A DNA stretch of 64,000 bases from a virus. Location of the stretch: positions 1,036 to 65,035 of IMG/VR virus record IMGVR_UViG_3300045988_067813. The stretch is one strand, 5' to 3'. Below are positions 8,086 to 17,813 of the stretch, piece by piece. The notes under the pieces were generated by a model that was not told the DNA's origin, searched no databases, and saw only the letters and a list, made by a program, of their open reading frames with translations. How positions within the stretch are numbered: the stretch's first letter is position 1; each line of letters starts with the position of its first letter. Position numbers and translations under genes: made by a program.

Positions 8086-8114
8086 TTGCTTTCTGTGTGT
8101 GATTGTGCTATACT
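8086..8114 (+). promoter_or_regulatory. promoter of the replication operon (CTGTGTGTG-spacer class)
   Basis: TTGCTT (8086-8091), 17 nt (tctgtgtgtgattgtgc), TATACT (8109-8114), with a TGC extended -10. Confidence 0.5.
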
Positions 8115-8147
8115 AGATTTATCAATTAACGAATGAGAGGTTACTTT

Positions 8148-9032
8148 ATGTATTTCAAAGTACATGTAAATATGTTCCAGCACAAGGATTTAAAAAATCT
8201 ATCTGACATATTCTTGTATAGCTTTCTGTGTGGATTTGCCAAGGAAGACCAAAAAGAGGTTTATTCTCACTACACTAACCAGCAACTTGTGGATATTTTT
8301 GGCTGTTCATCACAAACCATCTCTAACTCAATTACTCGTCTTGTGAAATTAGGATTGGTTAAACGCTATGAAGATACTCGTTTCAGTGAATCTCACTGTG
8401 ATTTTTTCTGTAGACGGACTATTGTAGCTGATACTACACTATACCGTAGCTATGCTGGAGAACATTATCTTTCTGTGAATACTAATTGGTTATCGGATTG
8501 GAAATTGCCATTCAGAGCTGTTCAGTTACTAGCATTGTTTTGGTCTAGTTATTTTATGAATAACTCTAGGATTGTTGAATTTACTACTGAGCAAGTAATG
8601 GATATTATGGGAAATGTAAATTACAGAACATATATCAACAACTACAACCTTTTAGAAGAATTAGGATTGATTAAGGTTAACTCAGAGAAGCATGAGCAGT
8701 ATAAATGTATTGAGCTTTGTGTGGAATACCTTGGAGAAGAGGTAAATCCAGAAGAAGTTCTAGGCTCTGCTGTGGAAACTGAAAGCATTAAGTCTTCTGT
8801 GGGAAAGCTAAAATCTGTGATTTCATATTTCACAAAATACCTAAGACAAAAAAGCAGTAAGGTAGTTAAGAATCTGCTACACAAGTTAGACCCTTCAATC
8901 ACTGTGAAGAGAACATTAGAGCCTTTGTGGCAAGCCTTTGACTATTATGATAGACTATCAATCAGGTCAAGAATCCCAGAAGATGCAGACCCTAGAGATG
9001 GTTATTTTGTACAAGGAGAAGGATATGCCTAA
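8148..9032 (+). CDS. winged-helix DNA-binding protein, putative replication initiator/organiser
   Basis: Start moved to ATG 8148 (RBS gagaggttactttATG). Two HTH-like segments: QQLVDIFGCSSQTISNSITRLVKLGLVKR and TTEQVMDIMGNVNYRTYINNYNLLEELGLIKV. First gene of the replication block. Confidence 0.45.
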   Translation: MYFKVHVNMFQHKDLKNLSDIFLYSFLCGFAKEDQKEVYSHYTNQQLVDIFGCSSQTISNSITRLVKLGLVKRYEDTRFSESHCDFFCRRTIVADTTLYRSYAGEHYLSVNTNWLSDWKLPFRAVQLLALFWSSYFMNNSRIVEFTTEQVMDIMGNVNYRTYINNYNLLEELGLIKVNSEKHEQYKCIELCVEYLGEEVNPEEVLGSAVETESIKSSVGKLKSVISYFTKYLRQKSSKVVKNLLHKLDPSITVKRTLEPLWQAFDYYDRLSIRSRIPEDADPRDGYFVQGEGYA

Positions 9033-10785
9033 GAATAAGTTTATTGAACTCTTACAACGAAACTTTGGAGAGAAAGACCTTGTGAACTTTGGGGTAAATA
9101 AAAAGTATTACTTAGAACGTAAAGCTAAGGAAGACCCAGAGTTTGAAGATAGATTCAGTCGTGACTTTGAACAAGCAAAGCACTTTGTGAAGAATATTGG
9201 TTCACAAGTTAAAGCTCTAAGAAACAAGTATGACCTTTACTTATCGTTCACACCTACTGGTGGGCAAGAGCGTAAGAAAACCAATGCACAAGACACTTAT
9301 ATCATTGCACAAGATATTGATGGAGCACCTATTCCTACAGACCTACCTCCTAGCTATTTTTGGGAAACAAGCCCTAACAAATATCAAGGGGTATGGGTAT
9401 TAGATAACAAGGTAAATCCACAAGAGCATGAGATTCTGTGTAGAAAACTTGTTAAAAAGTATGGTTTTGACCCTTGTGGTGTGGATATTGTACACCTATA
9501 CAGAATCCCTGGTACCGTGAATCACAAGTATGCTACAGACTTTAAGGTTAGTGGTATGAAAGGTGATGGTACTGTGTACCGTAAGCGTGAGTTTGTGAAG
9601 TTCCTAGAGGACGTAGACATTTCTACACGCAAGATGGCTGATGAAGGGGATATTGAGTATATCCAATATGACTTAGATGCTGTGTTATCTGAGTATAATG
9701 CCTTTCCTGAGTTCACTCATCAGCTTGCTATTGATAGGTCTGAATGGGCTTGGAAATTAGAGCAGAAGATGATTTTTGGTGGAGCTAGTAAGGAAGAGGT
9801 TAAGTTTGTGCTCTTAAATGCTCCTGACAAGATGGCTAAGTTCACAGAAGAGACTGTAGACGCAGAAGTACACAGAGCCTTTGCTAAATCAGAAGAAGGT
9901 GAAGAAGAAGCTGTAGAAGCTGTTACAGAGCTTCCTAAGAAAGTAACCATTGAAGAAAATAAAGGTAAGACCTTATCTACTGTGAGACAAAAAGGGGAGA
10001 AGAAAAAGAACAAGTTTAATATCGTCAGAGTTGATGAGATTGAACCTTTTGACCCTACAGACTTTTGGCTCATTGAAGATTTCTGGGAGAATGGTTCTGT
10101 GGGAGTTATTGGAGCACCTTCTAAATCATTCAAGTCAACTTTTGCCTTAAACTTAGCTTGTGCTGTGGCTACTGGTAAGCCTTTTGATGGTAGAGAAGTT
10201 AAGCAAGGTGCTGTGTTGATTATCCAAGGTGAAAATAACTTGTCTATGGAGCAACATAAGATTTATGCCATTACTGGTTCTGAAACACCTCCTCCTATTT
10301 ACTTTGTGGAAGATGCTATCAATATGCAACAAATGCACAAGTTAGAGAATGATATTAGAGAGTTAGAAATTAAGCTCCTAATCATTGACCCTATGTACTT
10401 GCTATTTGGTAGTGGAGATATTAACCGTCACCAAGATATTGTAGAGCGTTTAGAAATTCTCACAAAACTATCTAAGAATACTGGTTGTGCTGTGATGTTG
10501 ATTCACCACAGTAGAAAGTTAGAGCGTGGAGCTAAGATTCAAACTGCTGATATGTATGGTTCGGCATTTATTGAGGGTTGGTATGAGTCTATGATTCTTC
10601 TTCAACGTAAATCCAATAACTCAAGTACCCTTACTACATATTTCCGTAACCATAAATCAGGAGATGTGTATGACCTTGTGGTAGATGATAACATGGGCTG
10701 TAAAGCTTATGCACGCAAGGGTGAGAGTGCTTATGAAGCTCCTGAGACAGATTTTAGTGTATTGGCAGGTGAGGAAGATGAGTAA
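9025..10785 (+). CDS. primase-polymerase / RecA-fold helicase fusion (putative primase-helicase)
   Basis: Start moved to ATG 9025 (RBS aggagaaggatATG). N-terminal part has YIIAQDIDG and HLYRIPGTVNHKY (AEP-like). C-terminal part has Walker A GAPSKSFKST, a Walker B-like LLIIDPMY, and MLIHHSRK. Confidence 0.65.
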   Translation: MPKNKFIELLQRNFGEKDLVNFGVNKKYYLERKAKEDPEFEDRFSRDFEQAKHFVKNIGSQVKALRNKYDLYLSFTPTGGQERKKTNAQDTYIIAQDIDGAPIPTDLPPSYFWETSPNKYQGVWVLDNKVNPQEHEILCRKLVKKYGFDPCGVDIVHLYRIPGTVNHKYATDFKVSGMKGDGTVYRKREFVKFLEDVDISTRKMADEGDIEYIQYDLDAVLSEYNAFPEFTHQLAIDRSEWAWKLEQKMIFGGASKEEVKFVLLNAPDKMAKFTEETVDAEVHRAFAKSEEGEEEAVEAVTELPKKVTIEENKGKTLSTVRQKGEKKKNKFNIVRVDEIEPFDPTDFWLIEDFWENGSVGVIGAPSKSFKSTFALNLACAVATGKPFDGREVKQGAVLIIQGENNLSMEQHKIYAITGSETPPPIYFVEDAINMQQMHKLENDIRELEIKLLIIDPMYLLFGSGDINRHQDIVERLEILTKLSKNTGCAVMLIHHSRKLERGAKIQTADMYGSAFIEGWYESMILLQRKSNNSSTLTTYFRNHKSGDVYDLVVDDNMGCKAYARKGESAYEAPETDFSVLAGEEDE

Positions 10786-11254
10786 AGGAACTTATCAAGA
10801 GCCTACTTGGTTACAAGGTGTGCTAAAAGATGAGAATGTTTCAAGAGAATTTAAAATCTTTATTGAAATTTTTGATGGAGTGTTACAGTCAAGAGATACT
10901 ACAGTACAGAGTTACATAAACAGGAACATGAAAGATATAGTTGCTCCGCCAGCTCTGCTGAAAAACTTAAGAAGGGGTAATTTACCGCCTTTGTATTGTT
11001 TGAGACATTTTGACTTTTTAAATGATGAAGAGGTAGATTATCTTGAATGGTTTATGGTAAACAAAGACCATATTACTAGGAAGAAGTATGTAAAACATAA
11101 CGTAGACGATATTTTTGAGAAATGGGAAGGAAAACCTTGCCCAGAAAATGCTTCAAGATTCTCAAAAAAAGATGAAAATAAGGCTATCAGAAGAGTTAGA
11201 CGTAAGCAACAATTACTAAAATATCTTCAAAGAGCTTATGAGTTGGGGGTATGA
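10778..11254 (+). CDS. hypothetical protein
   Basis: The track ORF 10685 overlaps the primase 3' end. The ATG at 10778 sits in ATGAGTAA, overlapping the primase stop. Confidence 0.5.
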   Translation: MSKGTYQEPTWLQGVLKDENVSREFKIFIEIFDGVLQSRDTTVQSYINRNMKDIVAPPALLKNLRRGNLPPLYCLRHFDFLNDEEVDYLEWFMVNKDHITRKKYVKHNVDDIFEKWEGKPCPENASRFSKKDENKAIRRVRRKQQLLKYLQRAYELGV

Positions 11255-11255
11255 T

Positions 11256-11468
11256 ATGGCACTTATATCAATAAAACCAACGAAAAGAAGTGGTAGTCTA
11301 GGGCTAGAGTATAGTGAGGTACTATTGCTAGATGAGGATAGAATGATTACAAAACTGATGCTCACACAGCACGGTTCTGTGATGGTCTACTGTGGAAGAG
11401 ACATGGTAGGATTCTATAATGGTTATGTAGAAGATTTGTTAGTTGGATTGGGGTGGAATGAATGTTAA
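11256..11468 (+). CDS. hypothetical small protein
   Basis: The ATG at 11256 follows a GGGGG RBS and the upstream stop at 11252-11254. An alternative ATG lies at 11238. Confidence 0.45.
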   Translation: MALISIKPTKRSGSLGLEYSEVLLLDEDRMITKLMLTQHGSVMVYCGRDMVGFYNGYVEDLLVGLGWNEC

Positions 11469-13357
11469 ATACAATAGATACCTCAAAACCAGTATGTTTG
11501 GATATTGAAACTAAAGGTCTTGATAGACATAGACATGCTATTACCTCAATTCAGCTAGGATTCACATATACTGAAACACAAGTATATACTAGGAAGTTCT
11601 TTAACTGGGATAAGCTAGGCAAGAAGAGACAGATAGCCTTAATGAAAAAACTTAAGGAATGTAAATTAGTTACCCACAATGGTAAATTTGACTTACTATT
11701 CCTTTATGTTAAGACTGGTATATCCTTAAACCTATGGCTAGATACTCTTGTGCTTGCTCACGTTTGTGGAGAAGAAGAGCTAGGTCTTAAACCACTCACA
11801 GAGAAGTATTTTCATGTTAAGTATGATATAGCTAAAGAAGCTAAGGTAGGAGAAATCACAGATAAATTTAAGGCTTATGGTCTTGATGATGTTCTGTACC
11901 CTATGAAGCTCTTGAAGATTTTCCAAAAGAAAATTGCACGCTATGACTTGCTTAAGGTATTTAAACATGAAATGAGAGTCTATAAAGCCTACTATGAGGT
12001 TGAAAAAGGTGGAGTACCTATTAGTCCTAGAAGACATGAGGTGCTTGAAAAGCTTGAAACAGAGCTTAGACCCTACACAGAAAAACTCTTGACTTATGGA
12101 GATATAAACTGGAACTCTAATGCACAAGTAGCAAGTATTCTCTTTGCTCCTAAAGATGAGCCAGTCTATGATGAGCAAGGTGAGAGATTACCTAATACCT
12201 ATGCTGTTGTGGATTCTAATGGTAAAACCATTGCTGAGTTCAAGGAACGTAAAGAAGCCAATGCACACAAGAAAGAGCATAACATTGATGGTAAAGTCAA
12301 GATGGTTAAGCATTATCTTCCTGTGGTTATTGGTTATGGTCAAGGTCTTGAAGTAGTTGAACGTACTAAAGCTGGTGCTCCTTCTGTGGGAGTAGATACA
12401 CTATCTAATTATGTAGGTAATGACTGTGTGGATACTTTGCTTGAATATAAACGTATATCTAAGCTGATTACCTTTATTGAATCATGGGAAGACCTACAAG
12501 TAGACGGTAAGATTTACCCTAGCTTTAATATTACAGCAAGAACAGGTCGAACTACTTGTAATAACCCTAATTTACAGCAGTGTCCTCAGGATAGCTATGT
12601 GCGTAACCTTATTGAAGCTAGACCAGGTTGGAAACTAGCTGAACTTGACTACTCACAGTTAGAGCTTCGTGTGGCTAGTTGGTTATCAGGTGACATAAAT
12701 ATGCAACACGCTTATCAATCAGGTAGTGACTTGCACAGTAAGACTACAGAGCTTCTGTTTGGTGATACTAGTGAGTTAAGCCATGATGAGCAGAAGAGAA
12801 AGCGTACCCAAAGTAAGAGTGCGAACTTCGGATTTTTATACGGAATGGTTGCAAAAACATTTATTACCTATGCTAAAGGATATGGACTAGACCTTACACA
12901 AGAGGATAGTGAGAAAATCCGTGCTGATTTCTTTAATGCCTATCCTAGATTGCTTGTGTGGCATGAAGAGTGTAAGGAATTTGCTAGACAGCATGGTTAT
13001 ATAGAGTCACCTATTGGACGTAAAAGATGGTTTGATAATATCAATAGCTATGACTTTAAAAAGCGTTCTGCTGATGAAAGACAAGCCATTAACTCACCAG
13101 TGCAAGGTTTTGGGTCTGACCTGTGTACCAGTGCTTTAGCTGAGATTGTATTCAGCAAGGAACTAGACCACACAAGATTTAATGTACTAGGCTCTGTGCA
13201 TGATGCCATTCTTTTTGAGATTAAAGATGACTATGTAGAAGAACTAGTACCTAAACTACAATCAATTATGGAGAATCCTCCTATAGTCGAAGGGTTAGAT
13301 GTACCTATCCCTCTTGTGGCTGATGTAGAAGTTTCTTCATGTTGGGGAGGACACTAA
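11462..13357 (+). CDS. polA: family A DNA polymerase with 3'-5' exonuclease domain
   Basis: Exo motifs: CLDIETKGLD, NGKFDLLFL, YGLDDV. Pol motif A: DYSQLELRVASWLSGD. Motif B: RTQSKSANFGFLYGM. Motif C: SVHDAILFE. Confidence 0.9.
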   Translation: MLNTIDTSKPVCLDIETKGLDRHRHAITSIQLGFTYTETQVYTRKFFNWDKLGKKRQIALMKKLKECKLVTHNGKFDLLFLYVKTGISLNLWLDTLVLAHVCGEEELGLKPLTEKYFHVKYDIAKEAKVGEITDKFKAYGLDDVLYPMKLLKIFQKKIARYDLLKVFKHEMRVYKAYYEVEKGGVPISPRRHEVLEKLETELRPYTEKLLTYGDINWNSNAQVASILFAPKDEPVYDEQGERLPNTYAVVDSNGKTIAEFKERKEANAHKKEHNIDGKVKMVKHYLPVVIGYGQGLEVVERTKAGAPSVGVDTLSNYVGNDCVDTLLEYKRISKLITFIESWEDLQVDGKIYPSFNITARTGRTTCNNPNLQQCPQDSYVRNLIEARPGWKLAELDYSQLELRVASWLSGDINMQHAYQSGSDLHSKTTELLFGDTSELSHDEQKRKRTQSKSANFGFLYGMVAKTFITYAKGYGLDLTQEDSEKIRADFFNAYPRLLVWHEECKEFARQHGYIESPIGRKRWFDNINSYDFKKRSADERQAINSPVQGFGSDLCTSALAEIVFSKELDHTRFNVLGSVHDAILFEIKDDYVEELVPKLQSIMENPPIVEGLDVPIPLVADVEVSSCWGGH

Positions 13358-13827
13358 TGCACTTATATGACAAGTACAGTTACTCTATGGAAGACTATAA
13401 AAAGCTCAGAGAGAAGAATAGACTGTGCTTTCAAGCAGATATAGAACACTACTGTAGAAACCAAATTGACTATGAACCTAAGTATGAGATTGGTGTAGAG
13501 GGTAGAGAATATGTGATGTGCAAGTTTATAAAGGGGCTTAGAAACATTAACAAACACTATGGAGAAAATGTTACTATTTTTGCTAGTTTTGATGAAATGT
13601 ACAAGCTCAACTTTAGACTACCATCTAACATAGACTTTATGATTATGCACAACAGCGCTGTAACCTTTATGAAAACACGCTACGTCTCACACAATATAGC
13701 CTTTACTTATGCTGTGGGGGATAGAGGGAATCAGTTACAGATTCACTATCCAGCTAACACACCAGAGGTAGAGGAACTTGCTAAGTTCATTATCAGAAAT
13801 GGTTTTAGAGAGTATGTACGCAGTTGA
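13357..13827 (+). CDS. hypothetical protein
   Basis: The ATG at 13357 overlaps the polA stop (TAATG) and follows a GGAGG RBS. Confidence 0.5.
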   Translation: MHLYDKYSYSMEDYKKLREKNRLCFQADIEHYCRNQIDYEPKYEIGVEGREYVMCKFIKGLRNINKHYGENVTIFASFDEMYKLNFRLPSNIDFMIMHNSAVTFMKTRYVSHNIAFTYAVGDRGNQLQIHYPANTPEVEELAKFIIRNGFREYVRS

Positions 13828-13999
13828 CGAATACTTTGATGGGGAATTAGTAGAAGAGCATGTATTTCTCACCTATGAGAAAGCCTATGCCTTCTATGAC
13901 CTCATGTTCAATAAGACTAAATCTACCTACTTTGTGAGGTATGAATACCGAGGTTTAATACATGACAGTAAACAAGAACAGCTCAGTTGGTATTACTGA
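13814..13999 (+). CDS. hypothetical small protein
   Basis: In-frame ATG at 13814 (MYAVDEYFDG...). The track start at 13778 would overlap the upstream gene by 50 nt. Confidence 0.4.
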   Translation: MYAVDEYFDGELVEEHVFLTYEKAYAFYDLMFNKTKSTYFVRYEYRGLIHDSKQEQLSWYY

Positions 14000-14462
14000 G
14001 GATATTATAACTAATATCATGCACTTAGGTGCTAGTGAATACCATCTTGAAATTCTTATCCGTAAATATGAAGACCAAATTAAGTTTTGGTACAATATTG
14101 ACACACCAGACTTGCAGTCAGAAGAAGACAAGATTGCTATCTATGACACAAAGGACAAAGTGAATCAGATTACAATGACACTACAGCAGGTCACAGAACA
14201 GCGTAGAAGGGCTATGGAGCTACTTAAATCACAAGCTAATGATAATGGCAACCCTGACCTTTGGTGCTTGTTAAAACATGTTCTCGTGGCTGTGATAACG
14301 TCCTTTGAAGCATGGCAAGTAGATATTGCTAATGATAATGTTAAGTTTGTATTCTTGGAGCAGTCTCGTGTGGCTAATCAAGTATTGGCAATGTTCTTGG
14401 GCTATGAAATAACTCCTTGTAGCGCTTGTTTAACTGACCAATTAAAAGAGGATGGAAAATAA
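13962..14462 (+). CDS. hypothetical protein
   Basis: 166-aa ORF. A GAGG lies upstream of the ATG. Confidence 0.5.
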   Translation: MTVNKNSSVGITEDIITNIMHLGASEYHLEILIRKYEDQIKFWYNIDTPDLQSEEDKIAIYDTKDKVNQITMTLQQVTEQRRRAMELLKSQANDNGNPDLWCLLKHVLVAVITSFEAWQVDIANDNVKFVFLEQSRVANQVLAMFLGYEITPCSACLTDQLKEDGK

Positions 14463-14496
14463 AAGGGAAAATTTTTAAATTTTCTCTAATTTCCTC

Positions 14497-14525
14497 TTGA
14501 CAAATATCCGAATATAGGTTAAACT
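14497..14525 (+). promoter_or_regulatory. promoter (TCTTGACA-17-TAAACTAGT class)
   Basis: TTGACA (14497-14502), 17 nt, TAAACT (14520-14525). The same extended consensus ctcttgaca...taaactagt recurs at 17720. Confidence 0.55.
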
Positions 14526-14549
14526 AGTATATGTAGAAAGGAGCAAGAC

Positions 14550-15224
14550 ATGAAAGAACAAATTTTAAAAAGTCTTGAGACCATGAGCAAAGCTCAGTTG
14601 AGTAAGGAAATTGGTATCTCACCATTCATCTTAAACAAGTTTATCTCTAGTAAAATGGAAACAATTAGAACTGAATACTTGGATAAGGTAAAAGCCTATT
14701 ACGGAGAAGAGGAGTTACCTAAACAAGAAAGAGCTACACTCTCTGTAGAAGTACCTGAATTATCCAAAGAAGAGATTAAATTTTTCAACACACTAAATGT
14801 TAGTGGGATTTATGATAAAATTAGCACACTAGGCTACATTAACTATGTATTTATGTCTAAAGTAAGACAATCACAACCTTGGTTTATCCGTTTAGCACGA
14901 GGTAAGAAGGCTGATGATGTAAAAGATATTGTTAAACGCTTAGGATTGGCTGTTCTGTGTGGACGTTACCTTGAGAAAGAGGTTGAGAAAACTTATGCAA
15001 TTAAGTTACCATCAGAACACTACTTTTGTAAATATGGTAATGGAAGCACTGGTTGGTCTGTAGAGCCTAATAAATTTACAATTAAGTCAACTAATAAAGA
15101 AGAACTAGCTAAAGAGTATCCTGAATTTAAGGAGTTCATTGTTGAGCTTGGTGTGCTAATTGAGCATTACAATGGAAAGCCAAGAGGATATACAATTAAT
15201 GAGCGTACTAGGAAGAAGAATTAG
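14550..15224 (+). CDS. hypothetical protein with N-terminal HTH-like segment
   Basis: RBS is gaaaggagcaagacATG. N-terminus reads MSKAQLSKEIGISPFILNKFIS. Confidence 0.5.
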   Translation: MKEQILKSLETMSKAQLSKEIGISPFILNKFISSKMETIRTEYLDKVKAYYGEEELPKQERATLSVEVPELSKEEIKFFNTLNVSGIYDKISTLGYINYVFMSKVRQSQPWFIRLARGKKADDVKDIVKRLGLAVLCGRYLEKEVEKTYAIKLPSEHYFCKYGNGSTGWSVEPNKFTIKSTNKEELAKEYPEFKEFIVELGVLIEHYNGKPRGYTINERTRKKN

Positions 15225-15612
15225 AGAGCTACGTCTCTCAAATAAGATGACACAAATGCAACTATCTAAGCGATTGGGTTATAAAAATAACTCTCGTGTG
15301 GCTAGTTGGGAAAATGGTCATAATATACCGTCTGCTATGAATGTTAAGCGACTATCTGAGGTGTTTGAGGTGGATTTGATGCAATATGTTAAAGAAGGTG
15401 TGCCTACTATTGACATTGAGGTTGGACGAATTATCAGAAAAGCTAAACAGCTTGGTAAAACTCGTATGCAGACAATAAAAGCCCTAGATAAAAAAGGACT
15501 GATAACAGAAGAAAATGAAAAGAAAGTTTTTGAAGCTGTACTGTCTGGTAAGTGGGTGTCTACTATTGCTCCTAAGCCTAGCACTAATGCTGATGCTGAA
15601 CAGAGTGAATGA
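15199..15612 (+). CDS. XRE-family helix-turn-helix regulator
   Basis: Start moved to ATG 15199. Contains LRLSNKMTQMQLSKRLGYKNNSRVASWENGHNIPSAMNVKRLSEVFEV, a typical Cro/CI-type HTH. Confidence 0.7.
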   Translation: MSVLGRRIRELRLSNKMTQMQLSKRLGYKNNSRVASWENGHNIPSAMNVKRLSEVFEVDLMQYVKEGVPTIDIEVGRIIRKAKQLGKTRMQTIKALDKKGLITEENEKKVFEAVLSGKWVSTIAPKPSTNADAEQSE

Positions 15613-15745
15613 GTTAGATAAGAAACTTACCACAGTCAAGAATGATTTGAATGTAGAGAGAACACAGCGTACTGGAGCAGATTACTCAATAGGTATGAGG
15701 TTTGATACTCTCATTCATTACTTGCAAGAAGGGAAACAACCATGA
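15515..15745 (+). CDS. hypothetical small protein (start uncertain)
   Basis: The ORF overlaps the 3' end of the HTH gene in another frame. It may start at an internal ATG (15587 or 15593). The N-terminal part is hydrophobic. Confidence 0.3.
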   Translation: MKRKFLKLYCLVSGCLLLLLSLALMLMLNRVNELDKKLTTVKNDLNVERTQRTGADYSIGMRFDTLIHYLQEGKQP

Positions 15746-16176
15746 AAATAACAATGAGGATACCAAGAGAAATTGGTGAGTGGATTGAATACTGTAAGTC
15801 TTGTAGCATTACACTTTATGGTGCATTAGACCCAGTAGATAAGTTTGGTATGTCTATTGCTGAAACTTTTAAGGGTGATGCACATAAGTGTGCTAAATGG
15901 GCTAGAACAAACTCTAATGATTTTGCTTATGCTTGGGTAAATGGTTATGAAGTAGATGAGAAATACTACTATATAGTTATACCTTGTGGTGAGGGTACAT
16001 ATAGAAGAGTGTTTATGAATAGCAATAGAAACTTAGTAATAAGTGGGTTTACATATCATTCTGAGGAAGAAGCTAGAAAAATAGCAAAAGATAGTAGTTT
16101 TAAACTTACAAAGAAGATGATTAAAGATTCTCCTTTATCATGGGCTTGGCAGTTTGCTAAAGAATTGGAGTTGTAA
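15742..16176 (+). CDS. hypothetical protein
   Basis: 144-aa ORF with an ATGA overlap with the upstream ORF. Confidence 0.5.
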   Translation: MKITMRIPREIGEWIEYCKSCSITLYGALDPVDKFGMSIAETFKGDAHKCAKWARTNSNDFAYAWVNGYEVDEKYYYIVIPCGEGTYRRVFMNSNRNLVISGFTYHSEEEARKIAKDSSFKLTKKMIKDSPLSWAWQFAKELEL

Positions 16177-16178
16177 TT

Positions 16179-16457
16179 ATGAAATATTTGAAAGTTAGTG
16201 ATAAGTTAAAGACTACAGTAGATAGGCTTATAGCAGGTGGGCATAATGCTAAATATATTTACCTAGTTAGTATTAAGTTCATAACAGATAAGGAAATGGA
16301 GTTCTATATCCCATCATTTGAACTAGCAAGGTTTGAAAGTTATCTAAGTGAATCAAAAATTTTTAGGTTGGCTTATATAGATTCTGGGGATGTTATGATA
16401 AATCCTAATACTATTATTGCTGTTTTGTTAGGACAGAAGGAGTTTACTAATGGATAA
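16179..16457 (+). CDS. hypothetical protein
   Basis: 92-aa ORF, tightly packed with its neighbours. Confidence 0.5.
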   Translation: MKYLKVSDKLKTTVDRLIAGGHNAKYIYLVSIKFITDKEMEFYIPSFELARFESYLSESKIFRLAYIDSGDVMINPNTIIAVLLGQKEFTNG

Positions 16458-16905
16458 TTTATTAGAAGCATTAGCAAAAGGTATGAATGTATCTATAGAT
16501 GGTATCTCGGAATTACTTGGCTCTATTAAGGACAACACACCACAGCTCTATGAACAACTTGTTAGGGAGTGGACTTACTATACTGTGCTAAGTAAAACTT
16601 CCTTTACTCTGTTTATTATAGTTGTGATTTTAGCAGTTGCATTAGTTGGAATCTATAAAAATTGTATTGTTGATTGGTGTGGGTTAGACTATAAAGATGT
16701 TCCAGGTGATTTATCTAGATATGATTATGCTAAAGTTCTTACACAACAGAATGTGAATCAGAATATGAACACTTTCAAGAAGCTACTAACTGCAATTATA
16801 GTGGTACTTGTATTAGCTTTTGTGGTTCATATTAGTAAGTATCTTCTAGCACCTAATTACTCAATTATTGTAGATGAAATTCTACCTAAGTTGTCACATA
16901 AATAG
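16450..16905 (+). CDS. hypothetical membrane protein
   Basis: Two hydrophobic helices: FTLFIIVVILAVALVGIY and LLTAIIVVLVLAFVVHI. Confidence 0.5.
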   Translation: MDNLLEALAKGMNVSIDGISELLGSIKDNTPQLYEQLVREWTYYTVLSKTSFTLFIIVVILAVALVGIYKNCIVDWCGLDYKDVPGDLSRYDYAKVLTQQNVNQNMNTFKKLLTAIIVVLVLAFVVHISKYLLAPNYSIIVDEILPKLSHK

Positions 16906-16913
16906 GAGGAACT

Positions 16914-17723
16914 ATGAAATTTAGTGTATCTCGTGTGAACACCTACCTAGAGAATCCTTGGGAGCATTGGTGTAAATACATTGCTGGGTATAAAGAGTTA
17001 CCTTCTCCTGAACGTACAAAGTACATGGATAGAGGTACAGTATTCCACACAGCTATGGAACTAATGGCACAGCATGATGGAAAACTCACAGAAGAACAGC
17101 TTAAAGAGATGACCCTTAAAGTGCATGAGTTTTCACCATTCAGTGATGAAGCTAGACACACAGGCTTGCTTGCTGTGGAACGCTATCTTGCAGAAGGTGA
17201 AACTGTAGATTTCACCAAGGTAGTAGAAACAGAGAAGAAGATTGAACTTAAATTACCTAATGGTCATGAGTTCATTGGATTCATTGATGCTGTGATTGAT
17301 AATGGTGATGGTACTGTGTCTCTTATTGACTACAAGACCTATAGTGAAGCACCACAAGAAGCCAAGATGAAGTATAGCCTTCAAGGTAACATGTACATGG
17401 AAGTCATGACTAAGCTAGGCTATAAAGTAAAAGATTTCTGCTTTGAATGTGTGAACCCTAAAGAGGTCTTAAAAGGCAGAATGTATCGTGTGAAGCATAT
17501 TAAATTCCCTTACAATAAGTATCGTGGAGCTGATATGTTTGAGCAATTCTGTGAATTAACTACAATGATTGCCAAAAACCCTAATCTTCGTATGTATACA
17601 CCACCAGAAAAAAGACAACCTGGAGTATATGACTACTTCTATAAAGTCTATATTGGTGATGTTGTAGAAGATTTAGATGAATTTATTGAAAAAAGTTTTA
17701 AAAAAGTTGAAATTACCTCTTGA
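16914..17723 (+). CDS. PD-(D/E)XK (RecB/Cas4-like) nuclease
   Basis: RBS is taggaggaactATG. Contains GFIDAVIDNGDGTVSLIDYKT, giving a D...D/E-x-K arrangement. Confidence 0.6.
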   Translation: MKFSVSRVNTYLENPWEHWCKYIAGYKELPSPERTKYMDRGTVFHTAMELMAQHDGKLTEEQLKEMTLKVHEFSPFSDEARHTGLLAVERYLAEGETVDFTKVVETEKKIELKLPNGHEFIGFIDAVIDNGDGTVSLIDYKTYSEAPQEAKMKYSLQGNMYMEVMTKLGYKVKDFCFECVNPKEVLKGRMYRVKHIKFPYNKYRGADMFEQFCELTTMIAKNPNLRMYTPPEKRQPGVYDYFYKVYIGDVVEDLDEFIEKSFKKVEITS

Positions 17724-17748
17724 CAAGGTAACACGTTTTTGATAAACT
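17720..17748 (+). promoter_or_regulatory. promoter (TCTTGACA-17-TAAACTAGT class)
   Basis: TTGACA (17720-17725, containing the stop codon of the nuclease gene), 17 nt, TAAACT (17743-17748), preceded by TGA (extended -10). Confidence 0.55.
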
Positions 17749-17813
17749 AGTCTTGTGGTGGTAGAGCTAATCACTTTAAACCCTCTACAAATATTATTAA
17801 GGAGGTTAGCACA

